Source: Azolla caroliniana (taxonomy: Eukaryota; Plantae; Polypodiophyta). Taken from it: 64,000 nt of DNA. The position numbers and the translations under genes were made by a program. Under the pieces are notes generated by a model, which was not told where the DNA came from, did not search any database, and was given only the letters and a program-made list of their open reading frames with translations. Positions 35,978 through 49,907 of this stretch are shown piece by piece; position 1 is the stretch's first letter, and each line of letters begins with the position of its first letter. Location: positions 7,502,001-7,566,000 of the forward strand of contig JBHGNT010000016.1 of NCBI GenBank assembly GCA_043228905.1, in the 5' to 3' direction.

Positions 35978-38900
35978 GTTCTACCAGGTCGTAAGTGTAG
36001 TTCTCATGCAAGGATTCTACCTCATCTTGCATCGCACTCTGCCATTTCTCCCTGCGCTCGTCTTCCATGGCCTCATTGTAGCATTCTAGCTCACCTTCAT
36101 TAGTAAGCAAAACATACTCACTGGCGTATAGTGAGGGTACTCTCTTTTTCTTGAGTGGATATCTTCGACCTCCCATTGTCGACTTAGGTTCGGATGTCTC
36201 TGCCGACTCTTCACTCGGCTCGTGTTCATACATGTCGATCAGTTGTTGAAAGTCGACCGATTCTGACTCGTATGCCTCAATCGACTTCTGAAAGTCAGCC
36301 GACTCCGACTCATTTGTATTTGTCAGTTGCTCTGAGTCGACCAACTCGGATTCGGTTCTATCGACTGGTTCTGAGTCCATAGTGGTGGGAGTCGACTGGG
36401 AAGCTGGTTCCGACTTCTAATGTTTCAGTCCTTGATTGTCCTGTCTTCCAAGAACACTATGTCCCAACTTCTCACCACCTTCTTGTCAAGTAAGCCCCAC
36501 AACCTATAGCCGAATTCATCCTCCAAGTACCCTAGGAATATGCATGGTTTCGACTTGTTGTCGAGCTTCAACCTCTGATCCTTTGCTACATGCATATATG
36601 CCAGACATTCGAACACCTTCAAATGTTGATAGGAGACATCTTTACTTTCCATGCCACCTTTCAGGGGCACTGAGGGAGAGGTGTTGATAAGATAAATAGA
36701 CATGTACATTCCCTCAACCCAATACGATTTAGGCAGCTTTGCATGCGCCAACATGCTCCTCAATTTTTCCATGATGATTCGATCCATCCTCTATACAAGC
36801 CCATTCAACTTAGGGGTCTTAAGCACTGGGTATTCGATTCGAATACCTTGGGACTTGCAATACTCTTCAAACTATCTTCTATATTCGCCACCGTTGTCGG
36901 TTCGGACAACCTTTAGTTTTCGGCCTGTCTCTCTTTCAGCTCTGGCTTGGAACTCTTTGAAGAATGATAGTATTTGATCCTTCAACTTTAGTATGAAAGC
37001 CCACAACTTTCGACTATAGTCATCAATGAATGTTACGAAGTATTGTCCACCACAATGCAATAGAGCACCCAAGTAGCACACGCTTGTGTGTACCAGTTCT
37101 AGTAGAGCATCTCTTCTCTTTGGTGGTCTCCAGTGGAACGCAATTGTGTTCTGTTTTCTGACGAAGCAATTGAAACATCTCTCCAAGTGTATTCCTTTTA
37201 GTTCTAGAAGGAGTTTCTAGTTGGCTAGGATATGCATGCCTCTCTCACTCATGTGGCCAAGCCTCTTGTGCCATATCTCTCCACTCGAGTCAACTGCCAT
37301 GTTTTGTTTGACCTTGCACAACTTGACATGCATCATATACAAAGTGCCCTATTTCTGTGCTCGGGCCACTATGAGATTTCCCCGACAGAACTTCCATTTG
37401 CCGTTTTGAAAACTACCATTGCAGCCTTGACCGTCCATTCTTCCAGTTGATATTAGATTCAGCCTGATATCTGGCACATGCCAAACATCCCTCAAGGTCA
37501 GCCAACAACCAGTCAACGTTGTTAGGCATACACTTCCTATGCCAACTATCTTGCATTCTCCATTGTTTCCCATCTTTACATAGCCATACTCATCGGTTGT
37601 GTAAGACGAGAAACACTCCCTCGAGGGAGTTATATAGAATGATGTACTTGAGTCGATCACTAGGTACATTGTTCATTTGCAAGATTTGTACTCGCTTACT
37701 TGCAAATGAACAAAAGTTCTTCTTCACTTGTAGCCATGGCAGAAGTGCCCTTCTCCTTAGAAATCTTTCTAGGTTCAACATCACTTGAAGCACCTTTGTC
37801 TTTCTTAAGGTGTCGACAATCCTCCTGGAAGTGTCTAGGTTTTCCACAATAAAAACATGTGAGCTGAGACTGGAACAGGACACCTTTTTCCTTCCTTCTT
37901 GTCTCCTCCTTTAGGAAACTTATCTTTACCACTTGCATGGACAAGTTTTCTTCTTGGCATGAGGTAATGAGAGACACCACCAAGTTCTCCTAGCTGTTTG
38001 ACAGGGAACATAGCAGCAACACCACCTACATAGAATTATCTAATGGGAACTTTGCTACTGCAAGTTGATTCACCAACCCCATGAAGGTGTTAATTTGTAC
38101 CACAATGCTTTCTCCATCTCTATACTTCAGTCTCACGATCTTTCTCATCGGAGAGGTTTTGTTGAGGGCATTCTTCCTCTCGTACAACCCTGACAGTTTG
38201 TGCCACAGTTCGTAGGCGTTTATGTTGTTAGCAACGTGTTGTAGGACACTCATGTCTACACACTATCTGATGGTGTCCACCACCTTCATATTTAAGAGTT
38301 TCTATTCAAACTCCAATACCCTTGTGGGTATTTACAATTCTATCGATGGGTTCATATAGATCTTTGACTATAAGAAAATCCTCCATCTTGAACTTCCCAT
38401 CAGAGTAGTTGTGTGAGTTCAGGACTATCATACTTGGGAAGCCACTCACACCTCCTTCCATCCTTGCACCTCACGCTTTGATACCAGTTTGTTGTGCTCT
38501 GACCATAGATCTATAAGAAAGATAGATCGATGTGCACGACACAGAAACAAAAATAGCAAGTAGAAAGAGAATCCAAGATACACAGGTTTTACGTGGAAAC
38601 CCTAAAATAGGGGAAAACCACGAGGCAACAGATATTCCACTATAAACAAAAGTACAGGAAGAAAAACTGATTACAAATCATTGCAAAAACAACATATACA
38701 CCATGTTGAGAGATCAAGGTCAACTTAGTTTAGTTAGTTAGTCAACCATGTAACTTCATAGTTACCTAGATAGAATCTAGTTAGAAGTGTTGACTATAAC
38801 ACCTTAAATAGGACCTTGTACTTAAGGTGGGATATTCTAGATCCTCCACTCCTAAGTACATTTAATATAGGACTTACACTTTTGTACCTATATTATACTC

Positions 38901-39022
38901 ACACATGTGCACCCTTGCACATTAGATCTATATATACCTCATTGTACGTATTTTTGTATTTGATGATGATAATGCTAATTTAATATAGTTAGTCCTCCCC
39001 CATCTTGTGTTGTTCATAAGTG

Positions 39023-39058
<36 letters not shown>

Positions 39059-41387
39059 TCTCACACACATACACACACATATCACTTAATTTTCCGCTTA
39101 TCAACTAATCACATAATTAGGTACTAATTAAACCTTGCTTAATTACTTACCTAATTATTAACATGGTATCAGAGCACCACTAATGGACAACATGAGCTAA
39201 CTCAATACGAGCTCTTCGTCGGAAGGAAGCCGATCTTGTCGCACCTCAAGGTGTTCGGAAGCATTGGGAATGTATGCATCCCGAACGAACAACCACAGAA
39301 GCCCGACGCGAAGTCAGAGGAATGTATCCTCATAGGATACTCGTACAAGTAGAAGGCATGCAAGTGCTACAACCCTTTTACCCAAGAGGTTATGGTAAGT
39401 CGAGACGTAGTCTTCGACGAGTCCGCATCCTGGTACGCACCAGAGACGACTTCAACTTCGACTCTGCTCGACCCGAAATCCGTCGAACAAGAGTTAGAAG
39501 ATGGAGATCACTTCAAACACATGTTTGAAGAAAGTACGATTACAACAAAGCCTAGTGGGCCACAAGAACCCCCACGTGACCCAAGCACATCGCGGCCAAG
39601 TACGAACGTGGACAAAGGCAAAGGTAACTCAAGGTGATTGGAAGCATTGAGAATGTACGCGTCCCGAACGAACAACGACAGAAGCCCGACACGAAGTCGG
39701 AGGAATGTATCCTCATAGGATACTCGTCCGAGAAGAAGGCATACAAATGCTACAACCCTTCTACCCGAGCGGTTTGGGTAAGTCGAGACGTAGTCTTCAA
39801 TGAGTCCGCATACTGGTATGCACCAGAGATGACTTCGACTTCGACTCCGCTCGACTCGGAATCCGCCGAACAAGAGGTAGAAGATGGAGATCACTTCGAA
39901 CACATGTTCGAAGAAAGTCCGATTACGGCAAAGCCTAGTGCGTCAAAAGAGCCCCCACGCGACCCAAGCACGTCGCGACCAAGTATGAACTTGGACAAAG
40001 GCAAAGGTAAGATGCCTGCATACGAAGTCGATCACCCTGACGATAGTGATTCAGATGGGTCGGCTCCCGCACTAGATAGTGAGTTCGGTGTACCCATCAT
40101 GCGGACACCCGGGCCAAAGAAGGTGCTCACATCGGCGAGCGAAAAACTGCGACGTTCATCTAGAGCAAAGAACCCCGTCACTTGGCTCGGCTACAACGAG
40201 TACATGGCCCATCACTATGCATTCGCGATGAAGGTAGTGAACGAACAAGAGCCCAAGAGTTCCACCAAAGCGGCTCGTAACCCACGATGGGTGAAAGTGG
40301 TCGACCTTCGCCCACACACTACAAGCCTTCGTTACCCGCTTGAGGGGGAGGAACCGAGATTGCCACGGTGAAGAAAGCCGAAGGCCGGACAAAAGCACAA
40401 GAAGTTGACGAAAGCCAAAGTGGATGTCGAACGCCTCACACTTCAGCTTGAGGGGTCGTGTTGAGAGATCAAGCTCAACTTAGTTTAGTTAGTTAGTCAA
40501 CCATGTAACTTCATAGTTACCTAGATAGAATCTAGTTAGAAGTGTTGACTATAACACCTTAAATAGGACCTCGTACTTAAGTGGGATATTCTAGATCCTC
40601 CACTCCTAAGTACATTTAATATAGGACTTACACTTTTGTACCTATATTATACTCACACATGTGCACCCTTGCACATGAGATCTATATATACCTCATTGTA
40701 CGTATTTTTGTATTTGATGATGATAATGCTAATTTAATATAGTTACTCATCCCCCATCTTGTGTTGTTCATAAGTGCCTCTCTCTCTCTCTCTCTTCCTC
40801 TCACACACATACACACACATATCACTTAATCTTCCGCTTATCAACTAATCAACATAATTAGGTATTAATTAACCCTTGCTTAATTACTTACCTAATTATT
40901 AACACACCACTTAGGGTTGTGCCGGAAAGTTCCTCTAACTATGCCTCTCTCTCACACACTCTCGCGTCTCTTCCTACTCTCGGCTATAGAAACTCTATAC
41001 ACGAGAACATAATGGTTTCCCTAGGTGTATTTATACTCACACACAGTATGGGCTATTTACATATGTCGTCGTTATTATTATTATATATAATGTATATAAT
41101 AATTAATCAACCGACCTTGTCAGCCTTGTCTTCTACCATCCGGTCGGCTCGACTTGTCGACCTTGTCTTCGACCTTCCAATCGTCCCAACTTGTTGACTT
41201 TGTCTTGTCTTGGAGCATCCATCCAGTGGAGTCTATTATCTTAGTCGACGCTCTATCTCCTTCAAAACCAATCGACTCATTCGTCGGTCCAACCGACCAA
41301 CTTGTATTCAGCTTGTCGATTCAACTGTCGACTTCTTCCTTGACTTCGACTATCGACTTCTCCCATCGGAGGGACAAATTCCTAACA
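35978..41387 (-). mobile_element. 3'-truncated Ty1/copia (second Tork-like family); 5' LTR 38490-38703 + 40910-41387 split by a younger element
   Basis: PBS complement tgatacca ending 38486. gag ATG at 38461, LWHKLSGLYERKNALNK, CFYCGKPRH, VTFIDDYSRK, RTDNGGEY, KPCIFLGY. Truncated at the RT start (YTYDLVEL). Confidence 0.9.
38704..40904 (+). mobile_element. Young non-autonomous Copia derivative (2.2 kb) with two LTRs
   Basis: LTRs 38704-39163 and 40459-40904 (TG..CA, highly similar), PBS TGGTATCAGAGC at 39164, exact TSD CACCA. The interior holds only duplicated integrase C-terminal sequence (KSEECILIGYS..KCYNP). Confidence 0.93.
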
Positions 41388-41993
41388 ATGGGTCATATAG
41401 TAAGGGGAAAATCGTTAAGGACTTCGAGTTTTTATTAGATCTCTTAAAATGATTTGTCAATATGGTTGTTAATGCCTTAAGTCATAGTCATGAGGTTAAC
41501 TCATTAACACTTCAATCATTTTGATAACCTTCGAGGAAAGTACTTAGGTGATAGTTTCCTCTAAAAATCCTTGGCAATAGTTGAATCTAGAATAAGTGAT
41601 ATTAAACATTGCATGCTCAAAGGGAACCTTCTTATTTCTTAGAGTCTACTCAACCGTGTTGGAAAGGTTTATGTTCCAAATTTTGTCTAGGGTCCAAAAG
41701 AAGAATGTTTTCACCCTTATTAAGGCATCTTGGAATGTATCATGCCTAGAGTTTGAGGAACAAGGATATAAATTAAATTACAATTCTACAATGTGAGATA
41801 ATATCAAGTGTTTTATCACTTCATCACTTTTACGTGAAGCAGTCTAGTGTGAACAAACTCGAGCCTATGGCGTCTACCTATATAAGAAGGCTTACTACCT
41901 TCTTACGAGGGAGGCTTGACTTATATTGGGAAACTATCTCAATGTGTTTATGGCTCTTTTACCTAAGCATGTGTGATCCTCGCGGAACCTAAG
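41388..41993 (+). pseudogene. Highly degenerate Gypsy pol (RNase H end/integrase start) remnant
   Basis: DFEF... followed by NMVVNALSH resembles the Gypsy NxVADALSR motif; otherwise very decayed. Confidence 0.35.
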
Positions 41994-43193
41994 TGTTGAG
42001 AGACAAGCTCAACATGAGCCGGATCGGCTAAAGGCTGATAGGTCAATCGATTGAAGAAGCTGACAACCAAAGCAGTTGAGGGAAGTCGGTTGAATAAGCC
42101 GACAACTGGGTCAACCTAGGGATAGGCTAATAGGTCGTCAGAGCCTTTATTCCTAGTCTTAGTATTAGGAATTTTTTTGGGAGTTAGTGTGATAGGCTCT
42201 TTATGAGTATTCAAGTACTAAAAATACTTGTGCCAGCCCGTTGTCAGGGCTTGTATAAAAAGTGCTCTCTGAGCACACTTGTCTGTACACAGAGCGTATT
42301 AATTTGAATCTGATTTTTTGTCTGCTGCTCTTTGTGTCTCTCCTACTCCCGCTTACTGTATTTCTGGTTTCTCTATGTTTAACCTAACTGTGGTTCATCC
42401 GATTGTGTTGTTCTTAAGCTTCCGCACACGAAACTTGTTACATGGTATTAGAGTGTGAGGGTTGAGAATCCTTTCCTACTGACAAGTGCTTTCAACATAG
42501 ACGAGCCTTTGATCTCTAGAAAAATATTCACAAGAACATGGACATAGGAATGGGTAGCTCATTGCCATCAGAAAAGTTAGACCGAAGCAACTATGCATCT
42601 TGGTTGTATAAGATGCATCAGTACCTGCTAGGCCATGACTACTAAAGCTACGTGGAAGGACTAAATGAGGTACCACCAGAACCGGCACACAGAGACTTCC
42701 CAGCTTGGGAGCAAACTGCAAGCCGAGTATAGTGTTGCTTTGACTCCTGTGTTCATGATCCGATGCTTGGGTACATAAGGGATGCAAAGTTGTCGAAGGA
42801 TGCCTAGGGGAACCTGAAGAGGGTCTTTGCCACAAGCACCAAAACTCGTAAGTTGTAGCTCAAACATGAGCTCAACAATATCCAACAAGGAGGTATGTTG
42901 GTAACTAACTATACCACAAGGATCAAGGAGATCTGCGACTCACTCGGCTCCATCAATGTGATGGTGGACGAAGATGAGATTGTGCAAATATGCCTTGGCG
43001 GTCTATTTCAGCAGTATGGGCCATTTCAGACTACTATCTACACAAGCGAGAAATCGCCATCATTCTTTGACTTGTAGTCGATGCTCCTAGTAGAAGAGAA
43101 CCACAAGAGTGCGTTAGGGATCACACACACCAACAACAAGATGTTGTAAACAGAGGCAAAGAGGCCCATTGGTTGTGGTGGACGTGTGGATCG

Positions 43194-46100
43194 TGTTGAG
43201 ATACAAGCTCAACATTGGGTGCGTAAACGGGTGCGTCGATTGACTGCGTAAAACCGTACACACAAAGGCCGTAACGGTGCGTAAGCCGAGAATCCGTTCG
43301 AGCATTATTCCTCGTACGGAATAATTTTGGGAGTTAGTGTAGGAAGCTCATTAATGAGCATTGAAGTATGTGTCAGTACTCTGATAGTACTTCTATTTGT
43401 CCATGAGGACTTGTATAAAAAGCGCCGATTGAGCACATCTTGTATAGAGTGACTAAGAGTTATTGTGTGTTCTGCTCACTCTCTCTCTCATTCTCTGTCT
43501 CTCCTGCATACATTGTGTCGTGTTCAAAGATTTCTATTAAACCTTCTCTTCTTCATCTGTATTACACAATTATGTCTATTATGCTTCCACAAACCAGCTC
43601 TTGAGCTACATTCGGGATGCCAAGACGCCAAAGGACGCGTGGACGAATCTCAAAAGGATTTTCTCCGCGAGCACAATGGCCAGGAAGCTGCAGCTTAGAC
43701 AGGAGCTCCACAATGTCCGACAGAAAGATCTGTCTGTGGCCGATTACACGGCTCGAATCAAGGAAATCTGCGATTCTCTCACCTACGTCGACATGAAAGT
43801 GGAGGAAAATGAAATGTTGCAAGTGTTCCTTGGAGGGCTAGCGTCCAAGTTTGGAGCTTTCCAAACGGCAGTCTGCACAAGGGAGAATACGCCATAGTTC
43901 GTCGAGCTTCAATCGATGTTGCTCATAGAGGAAAATCATGCGGGTGCATCGACGAGTACACATGTTGACAACAAAATGATGTACACGGAGGAAGATAGGC
44001 CCCGTGGTCGTGGTGGACGTGGTGGATCGGTGCACAATGGAGGCAGCCGAAAAGAGCAGAACGTGGGACATAATCAAAATGCCGGAAGTAGGGGGAGTCA
44101 TGGCGGCGCCATAAAAAAGGCAAGAGAAGGCCGCGATGCATTGCTAGTACTGTGGCAAGAAAGGCCACAGGGAGAGCGAGTGTTGGAAGAAACGAGCCGA
44201 TTCCGAGAAAGGTGGATTGAGTCGAAGAGATGCAGAGAGGCGTCAAAGGTCACACTACACGGAAGGCTCTGAACGAGCTGGAAAAGGATCGGGCCCAACC
44301 TTCATAATGAAGCACAAGGCTAATTCAATGGTTGTGAACACCTCGAGGGAAAATGAGGTGTGGTATGTTGACTCCGGAGAGTCAAATCATATGACAAATC
44401 ACGAGGAATGATTCTCATACTTGGAGAAAGCGGAAAACCAAGGAGTGGTTGAAACAAGAGACGACACTCCGCATACCATTGAACATTTCGGCGAAGTTCC
44501 CCTCAGTCACGTTTGACAAAAAGGGAACCTCATGAATGTGCTACACGTCCTGAAAATAACCAAGAACCTGGTGTTGGTCTGCTAAATCGTTGACTAGGGG
44601 AGGCAAGTTCGATTCACACATCTCGGGTGCTTCATAGAAGAGGAAGGCAAGATAATCGTGCAAGGATGCAGTGAAGGGAGGATGTTTATCCTCGAAACCA
44701 ACAATGGAGGCACCGTTATGTTCACGAAAGGACAAAAGGTCAAATCAGATATCAACCTGTGGCACAAGAGGTTCATCCACATCAATTTCCCGAAGCTTCG
44801 AAAAATGCAGAAAAAGCATCATTTTCGACAATGAGCATAACCGGAGTCGAAATACGGTTGATGTGATCCATTCAGATGTATGGGGGCCGGTACAGAACAT
44901 GAGTCTTGGTGGAAGCCGATATTTCGTGGCTTTCATCGATGAATTCTCTCAGCACAGTTGAGTGTGCTTGATTAGGAAAAAGAGTGAAGTCTTCGCGTGT
45001 TTCCTAAAGGTAAAGAGCTTTGCAGAAAAGGAAACTAGGCGTAAGATCAAGTGCCTACAGTCCGATGGTGTGAAGGAGTACTTCTCCGACCAGTTTGCGA
45101 GTTATCTACAGAAGGAGGGAATTCGACGTGAATTCTCGTGTAGATACACACCGCAGCAGAACGGCGTCGCCGAGCGCAAGAATCAGACAACCGAAGAGGT
45201 GGCAAGGGCGATGCTTGAAGAGAAGCATCTGCCGAAGTTCTATTGGGTTGAAGTGGTTAGAACAGCTATCTACCTACAACATTGGACTTCTACCAATGGA
45301 GCTGTACTTCGGCAAGAAGCCAAACTTGGCACACTTGAGGGTTTTCGAGAGCATCGCGTATGTGCATGTGCCGAAGGAGACACAGAAGAAGCTGGATGCC
45401 AAAGTTGACAAGTGTATCTTGGTTCACTACTCGGACAAACAGAAGGGTTATAAGTGTTATAACCCCCGAACCAAACAAGTTCGCATAAGTCAAGATGTTG
45501 TGTTCGACGAGTCCGCTTCGTGGTACTTGTCTTCGCCCCCCCAGTACCCAATGACTCCACTTTGAATTCTGAAGAAGAGGTCAGCGACGCAGAGATGCCT
45601 TTGCACAATGAGGAGATCGGAGCTCTAGGAGAGAGTTCGATCTCATTTCGGCTAACTAGGCCGAGTGAGGGGTTGAGCCGAGATGGTAAACCGTGTGAAG
45701 AGCCGGCGAGTAGTGGAGACTCGGGCGAGTAAGGAACCGAAGAGACGGTTTATGTGCAGAGATAAGGGGAAGAAGAAGATGTCGGAGTACGAGTTTGGCA
45801 GTGCCGAGTCAGATCAAAGCGAATCTGACTTCGGGCCAATCGAAAAGGAACCTTCGTGGAAGAGGTCGAAGTCGGCCAAGAGGGCCGCGAAATTAGCTGA
45901 TCACGAATTACGCTGATCTACCTGCCTAAAGAACCCTGTAAAGAGATACCGGTATAATAAGTACATGGCGCACCATTATTCGTACATGACACGAGTGGCG
46001 GAAGTGCATGAGCCGGAGAGCTACGCAGAAGTGGCGAAGGACACAAACTGGCGTGCCGCGAAGGAGGAAGAGATGTGCGCGTTATCGGACAATGAGACTT

Positions 46101-48915
46101 GGGACCTAGTTGACACACCAAAGGGATTGAAGCCGATCAGATGCAGATGGGTGTATAAGGTCAAGTACAACACCTACGGCTCTGTCAACCGCGACAAGGC
46201 CCGATTAGTGGCGAAATTTTACACGCAAAAGCACGACGTGGATTACGACGAGACCTTCGCGCCGGTCGCGAAGATGACCACCGTGCGTGTTCTATTAGCC
46301 GTAGAAGCAGCGAAGGGGTGGCATCTAAATCAGATGGATGTGAAGAATGCATTCCTGCAAGGTGACCTTGAGGAGCAAGTGTACATGGTACAAACCCCTG
46401 GATTCTTATCCGAACAGAACACTTCGGTAGTGTGCCAATTGAAGAAGTCGTTATATGGACTTAAACAAGCCCTGCGAGCTTCGAACGCGAAGATTACGCG
46501 TCATCAGATTCAGACTCTTCATTGTTCATTCAGCAAGGTCGATATGGACTGGTTTGTGTTTTACTTTATGTTGATGATTTAGTCATCGTCGGTGCCGACT
46601 TGGATGAAATCGACCGGGTAAAGTCTCAGCCTGCCGCATCATTCGACATGAAGGATCTTGGTGACCTTCATTACTTCCTTGGGATCGAAGTGATCCGCAC
46701 CCCTAAAGGCATATTGATTAGCCAACATCATTACGCGTTGAATATGCTCTTCAAGTTCGGGATGGCAAATTGTAAGCCCATCTCGACCCCTCTGGATAGA
46801 AACGTCAAGCTTCGCCAAGATTCGGGAAAGGCGTGCGACCCAACATGGTTCCGACAGATTGTTGGAAGCCTAATCTATTTGACGATTACTCAGCTAGATC
46901 TCAGCTACCTGGTTGGCCTGATCAGTCAATTTATGTCATAGCCCAAGGCCAAACACTTTCAGTGCACGCAAGGGATACTGCGATATGTCAGCGGCACTAA
47001 TGACATGGCATTGTTGTATCGAGCAAGCGTAGCCGAATAGTTAGTTGGCTACACGGATGCCGATTGGGCCGGAAATGCCAATGATCAACATCCGGATACG
47101 CATTCGCAATGGGAAGTACAGTGATCATGTGGAGCAGTAAGAAGTAGCCAACAGTAGCACTATCGAGCATGGAGGCCGATTGTCGAGGGGCAATTGTCAC
47201 TACTTGCGAAGTCATTTGGCCAAAACGGCTATTACGGGATCTACATGTGGAGGTGTCCACTCCGACCACGATCTATTACGACAACCACAGTAGCATCCAA
47301 CTTGTGAAGAACCCCGTATTTCACACTGAGACCAAGCACATTGAGGTGCATTACCATTTTGTCCGTGAGCATGTCCTTTCCGATGAAGTTGAACTAGCAT
47401 ATGTTCCGACAGGTCGGCAGATTGTCGACGTATTCACGAAGCCGCTAGGCCTTGACAAGTTACGACAATTCTCGGATGTGCTTAGGTTGCACCACCTCGA
47501 CACGCCGAACTTGAGAGGGAAACAAGAACAAGAGCGCGAGCTTGAAAGGAACGAAAGTGGTCATCGCAGTAGATTTGATCACCGTGATGTCGAGTCGGAT
47601 GAAGAATTCAATTTCGGGTCGGCTAAAGAAGCCAAAGAGAGTATAGGGGGGGCCGTAACCACAGGGAGGAGCCGAAGACAACCGAAAAAGGGGGCAATAA
47701 GGCCAAGACCAAGACGTGGTCTAACATTGTCAAAGGCCTAAAGACTGAAGACAAATTGGAGACAACCAATTCGGACGTAAGCAGAAATGAATCAGAAGTG
47801 ACTGATTCAATCGAAATGTTCAATTCGGACATGGTGAATCAACTGAGGGCCAAGTGGAGGAAAGGGCAGCGAAAGAAGCACCAACACCGCGATAACAAGG
47901 GAGCTATGAAGGGCCACATGAGCAGACAAGCCGACCGGAAGGGTCGAGGCACACGGAATCGAATGGGTCGAGGAGCGCGTGCGAGGCGTGAAGGCAAGAG
48001 AAGCCGGAGAGAAGATCCGAAAGAGTAGGCGGAACCTCAAGTTGAGGTTGAAGGGGAGTGTTGAGATGCAAGCTCAACATTGGGTGCGTAACCCAGTGCG
48101 TAGACTGGCTGCGTAAAACCATACGCACAAAGGCCGTAACGGTCCGTAAGCCGAGAGGCTGTTAGAGCGTTATTCCTCGTAAGGAATAATTTTGGGAGTT
48201 AGTGTATGAAGCTCATTAATGAGCATTGAAGTGTGTGACTACTCTGACATACTTCTGTCTGTCCATATGGACTTGTATAAAAAGCGTCGATTGAGCGCAT
48301 CTTGTATAGAGTGACTAAGAGTTATTTTTGAATCCAAGTTTTGTGTGTTCTGCTCACTCTCTCTCTCAACACAAGTCAACGTGCTCGGATGTTGGGCTTC
48401 AACACAAGTCAACGTGGAGTAGAAAAGATTAAGAAGATAAGGGAACGTGAGCTACGTCGACTCGAAGCTATGGTTGGGGTACCTCTTACATGGGGACCAT
48501 GGGCCACATCCACATCATGGCAACCCTTTGACCCCCCGCTTCTCTTCGAGAGACTTGGATGGAAATGAAATTAGGCCTAGTATAGAATCATTCTCATTGT
48601 AGAACATGTTTTTTATATAGAACATGTTTGTTGTTTTCTTAGAACTATTTAGCTTAAACTCTATTTTATCTTATTTTTATTTTTACTTTCGATGAATGGG
48701 TAAATATCCCATTTTTGTTGTACACCATTTGTCTCATGGGCCAATTTTGGCCTTAGAAGACGTTAATATATCTTTCTTTCTTTCTTTCTTTCTCATTCTC
48801 TGTCTCTCCTACATACGTTGTGTCGTGTTCAAAGCTTTCCATTAAACCTTCTCTTTGTCATGTGTGTTACACTATTGTGTCTATTACGCTTCCACACACA
48901 CACTATTCATTTAGA
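43194..48915 (+). mobile_element. Near full-length decayed Ty1/copia nested in the gag of the previous element
   Basis: 5' LTR from 43194 (3' part and PBS deleted), 3' LTR 48059-48915, TSD GATCG/AATCG. gag, WYVDSG protease, HSDVWGP/FIDEFS/TPQQNGVAERKN integrase, QMDVKNAFL and LYVDDL RT, RNase H with KHIEVHYHF. Confidence 0.92.
48367..48791 (+). mobile_element. ~425-bp insertion in the (CT)n tract of the 3' LTR, possibly a 5'-truncated non-LTR retroelement
   Basis: Absent from the 5' LTR (43480-43500). Contains a short ORF end (VEKIKKIRERELRRLEAMVGVPLTWGPW...*), an AT-rich tail and a (TTTC)n terminus. Confidence 0.5.
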
Positions 48916-49201
48916 AATCGGCACGTAATGGTAGCGCCGACAAGACCAGAACCATAGGCACAATGGTGGTGCCGAGAATAGTGGGCGCTCTACGAGTAGG
49001 GGGAGTCAGGGTGGTGTTGGAAGAAAGCAAAATAAAGCCACCAATTGCTGGTATTGTTGCCTAAAGGGCCACAAGGAGAGTCAGTGCTGGAAGAAATGGG
49101 TTGAGTCGTACAAAGCCGAATCAAGCAGAGCTGACTCTAAGAAACCGTAGAGATCGCACTGCGATGAAGGCTAAGGAGGAGCAAGAACGGGCCCTTCCTT
49201 C

Positions 49202-49907
49202 TGTGAAAGTGTTTTTAGAACTCAAGGTATTGAATACTATAAGAATATAAGGTATGGAGCTTCCACATCCGGAGGGCAAGAACACGAATCAAGGTCTTGA
49301 GGATAAGTCAAACTAAAAGCAAGAAACATGGAGAAATGTAAAAGAAGAAAAAAGCGGGCCACCAAAACACAGTCTGAAACGAACGATTGTAACTCTTTTT
49401 TTTGAAACCCAAATATCATTCAAAAATAGTTGTTAGAAAGCTCGTGAAGTCAGCTATCTTTAGAACTTTAAATCGCTAAATTTGGAGCTCGTACGAGGGA
49501 GATATGATGATTAGAAGGTCATTGTGTCATAGCTAAAAATAGGAAATAAAAAACTTCTAAAAAAGCTTGAAAAAGAGAAGAAGATGATTGTAAGAAGTGA
49601 GAAGGGGAGTATAGAAGGGAGATAGAAGAAGTGATACCTTTGTAATAGTGGAAGACGAAGTGAGAAGGGAAGATAAACTAAGAACCCACCACCTTTGTAA
49701 GGTGGTGGGTTCTTAGTCTACTTCTTGTGGTGTTTTCTTTCCCATTCATGTAGCGTGGTTGAATTGTTATCAATATATTTTTGTAGATTTGGATTTATGT
49801 ATCTTCTTTCTCTCTTCCTTCCATCATGATCATTCATTAGCAATAGATCTTTGTTGTTTTGGATTTATGTATCTTCTTTATCTCTTATTTCTATCATCAC
49901 TCTTTCA
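49202..49907 (+). mobile_element. Solo LTR (706 bp)
   Basis: TGTGAAAG...CTTTCA termini, exact TSD CCTTC (49197-49201, 49908-49912); interrupts the Copia gag-protease junction. Confidence 0.88.
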
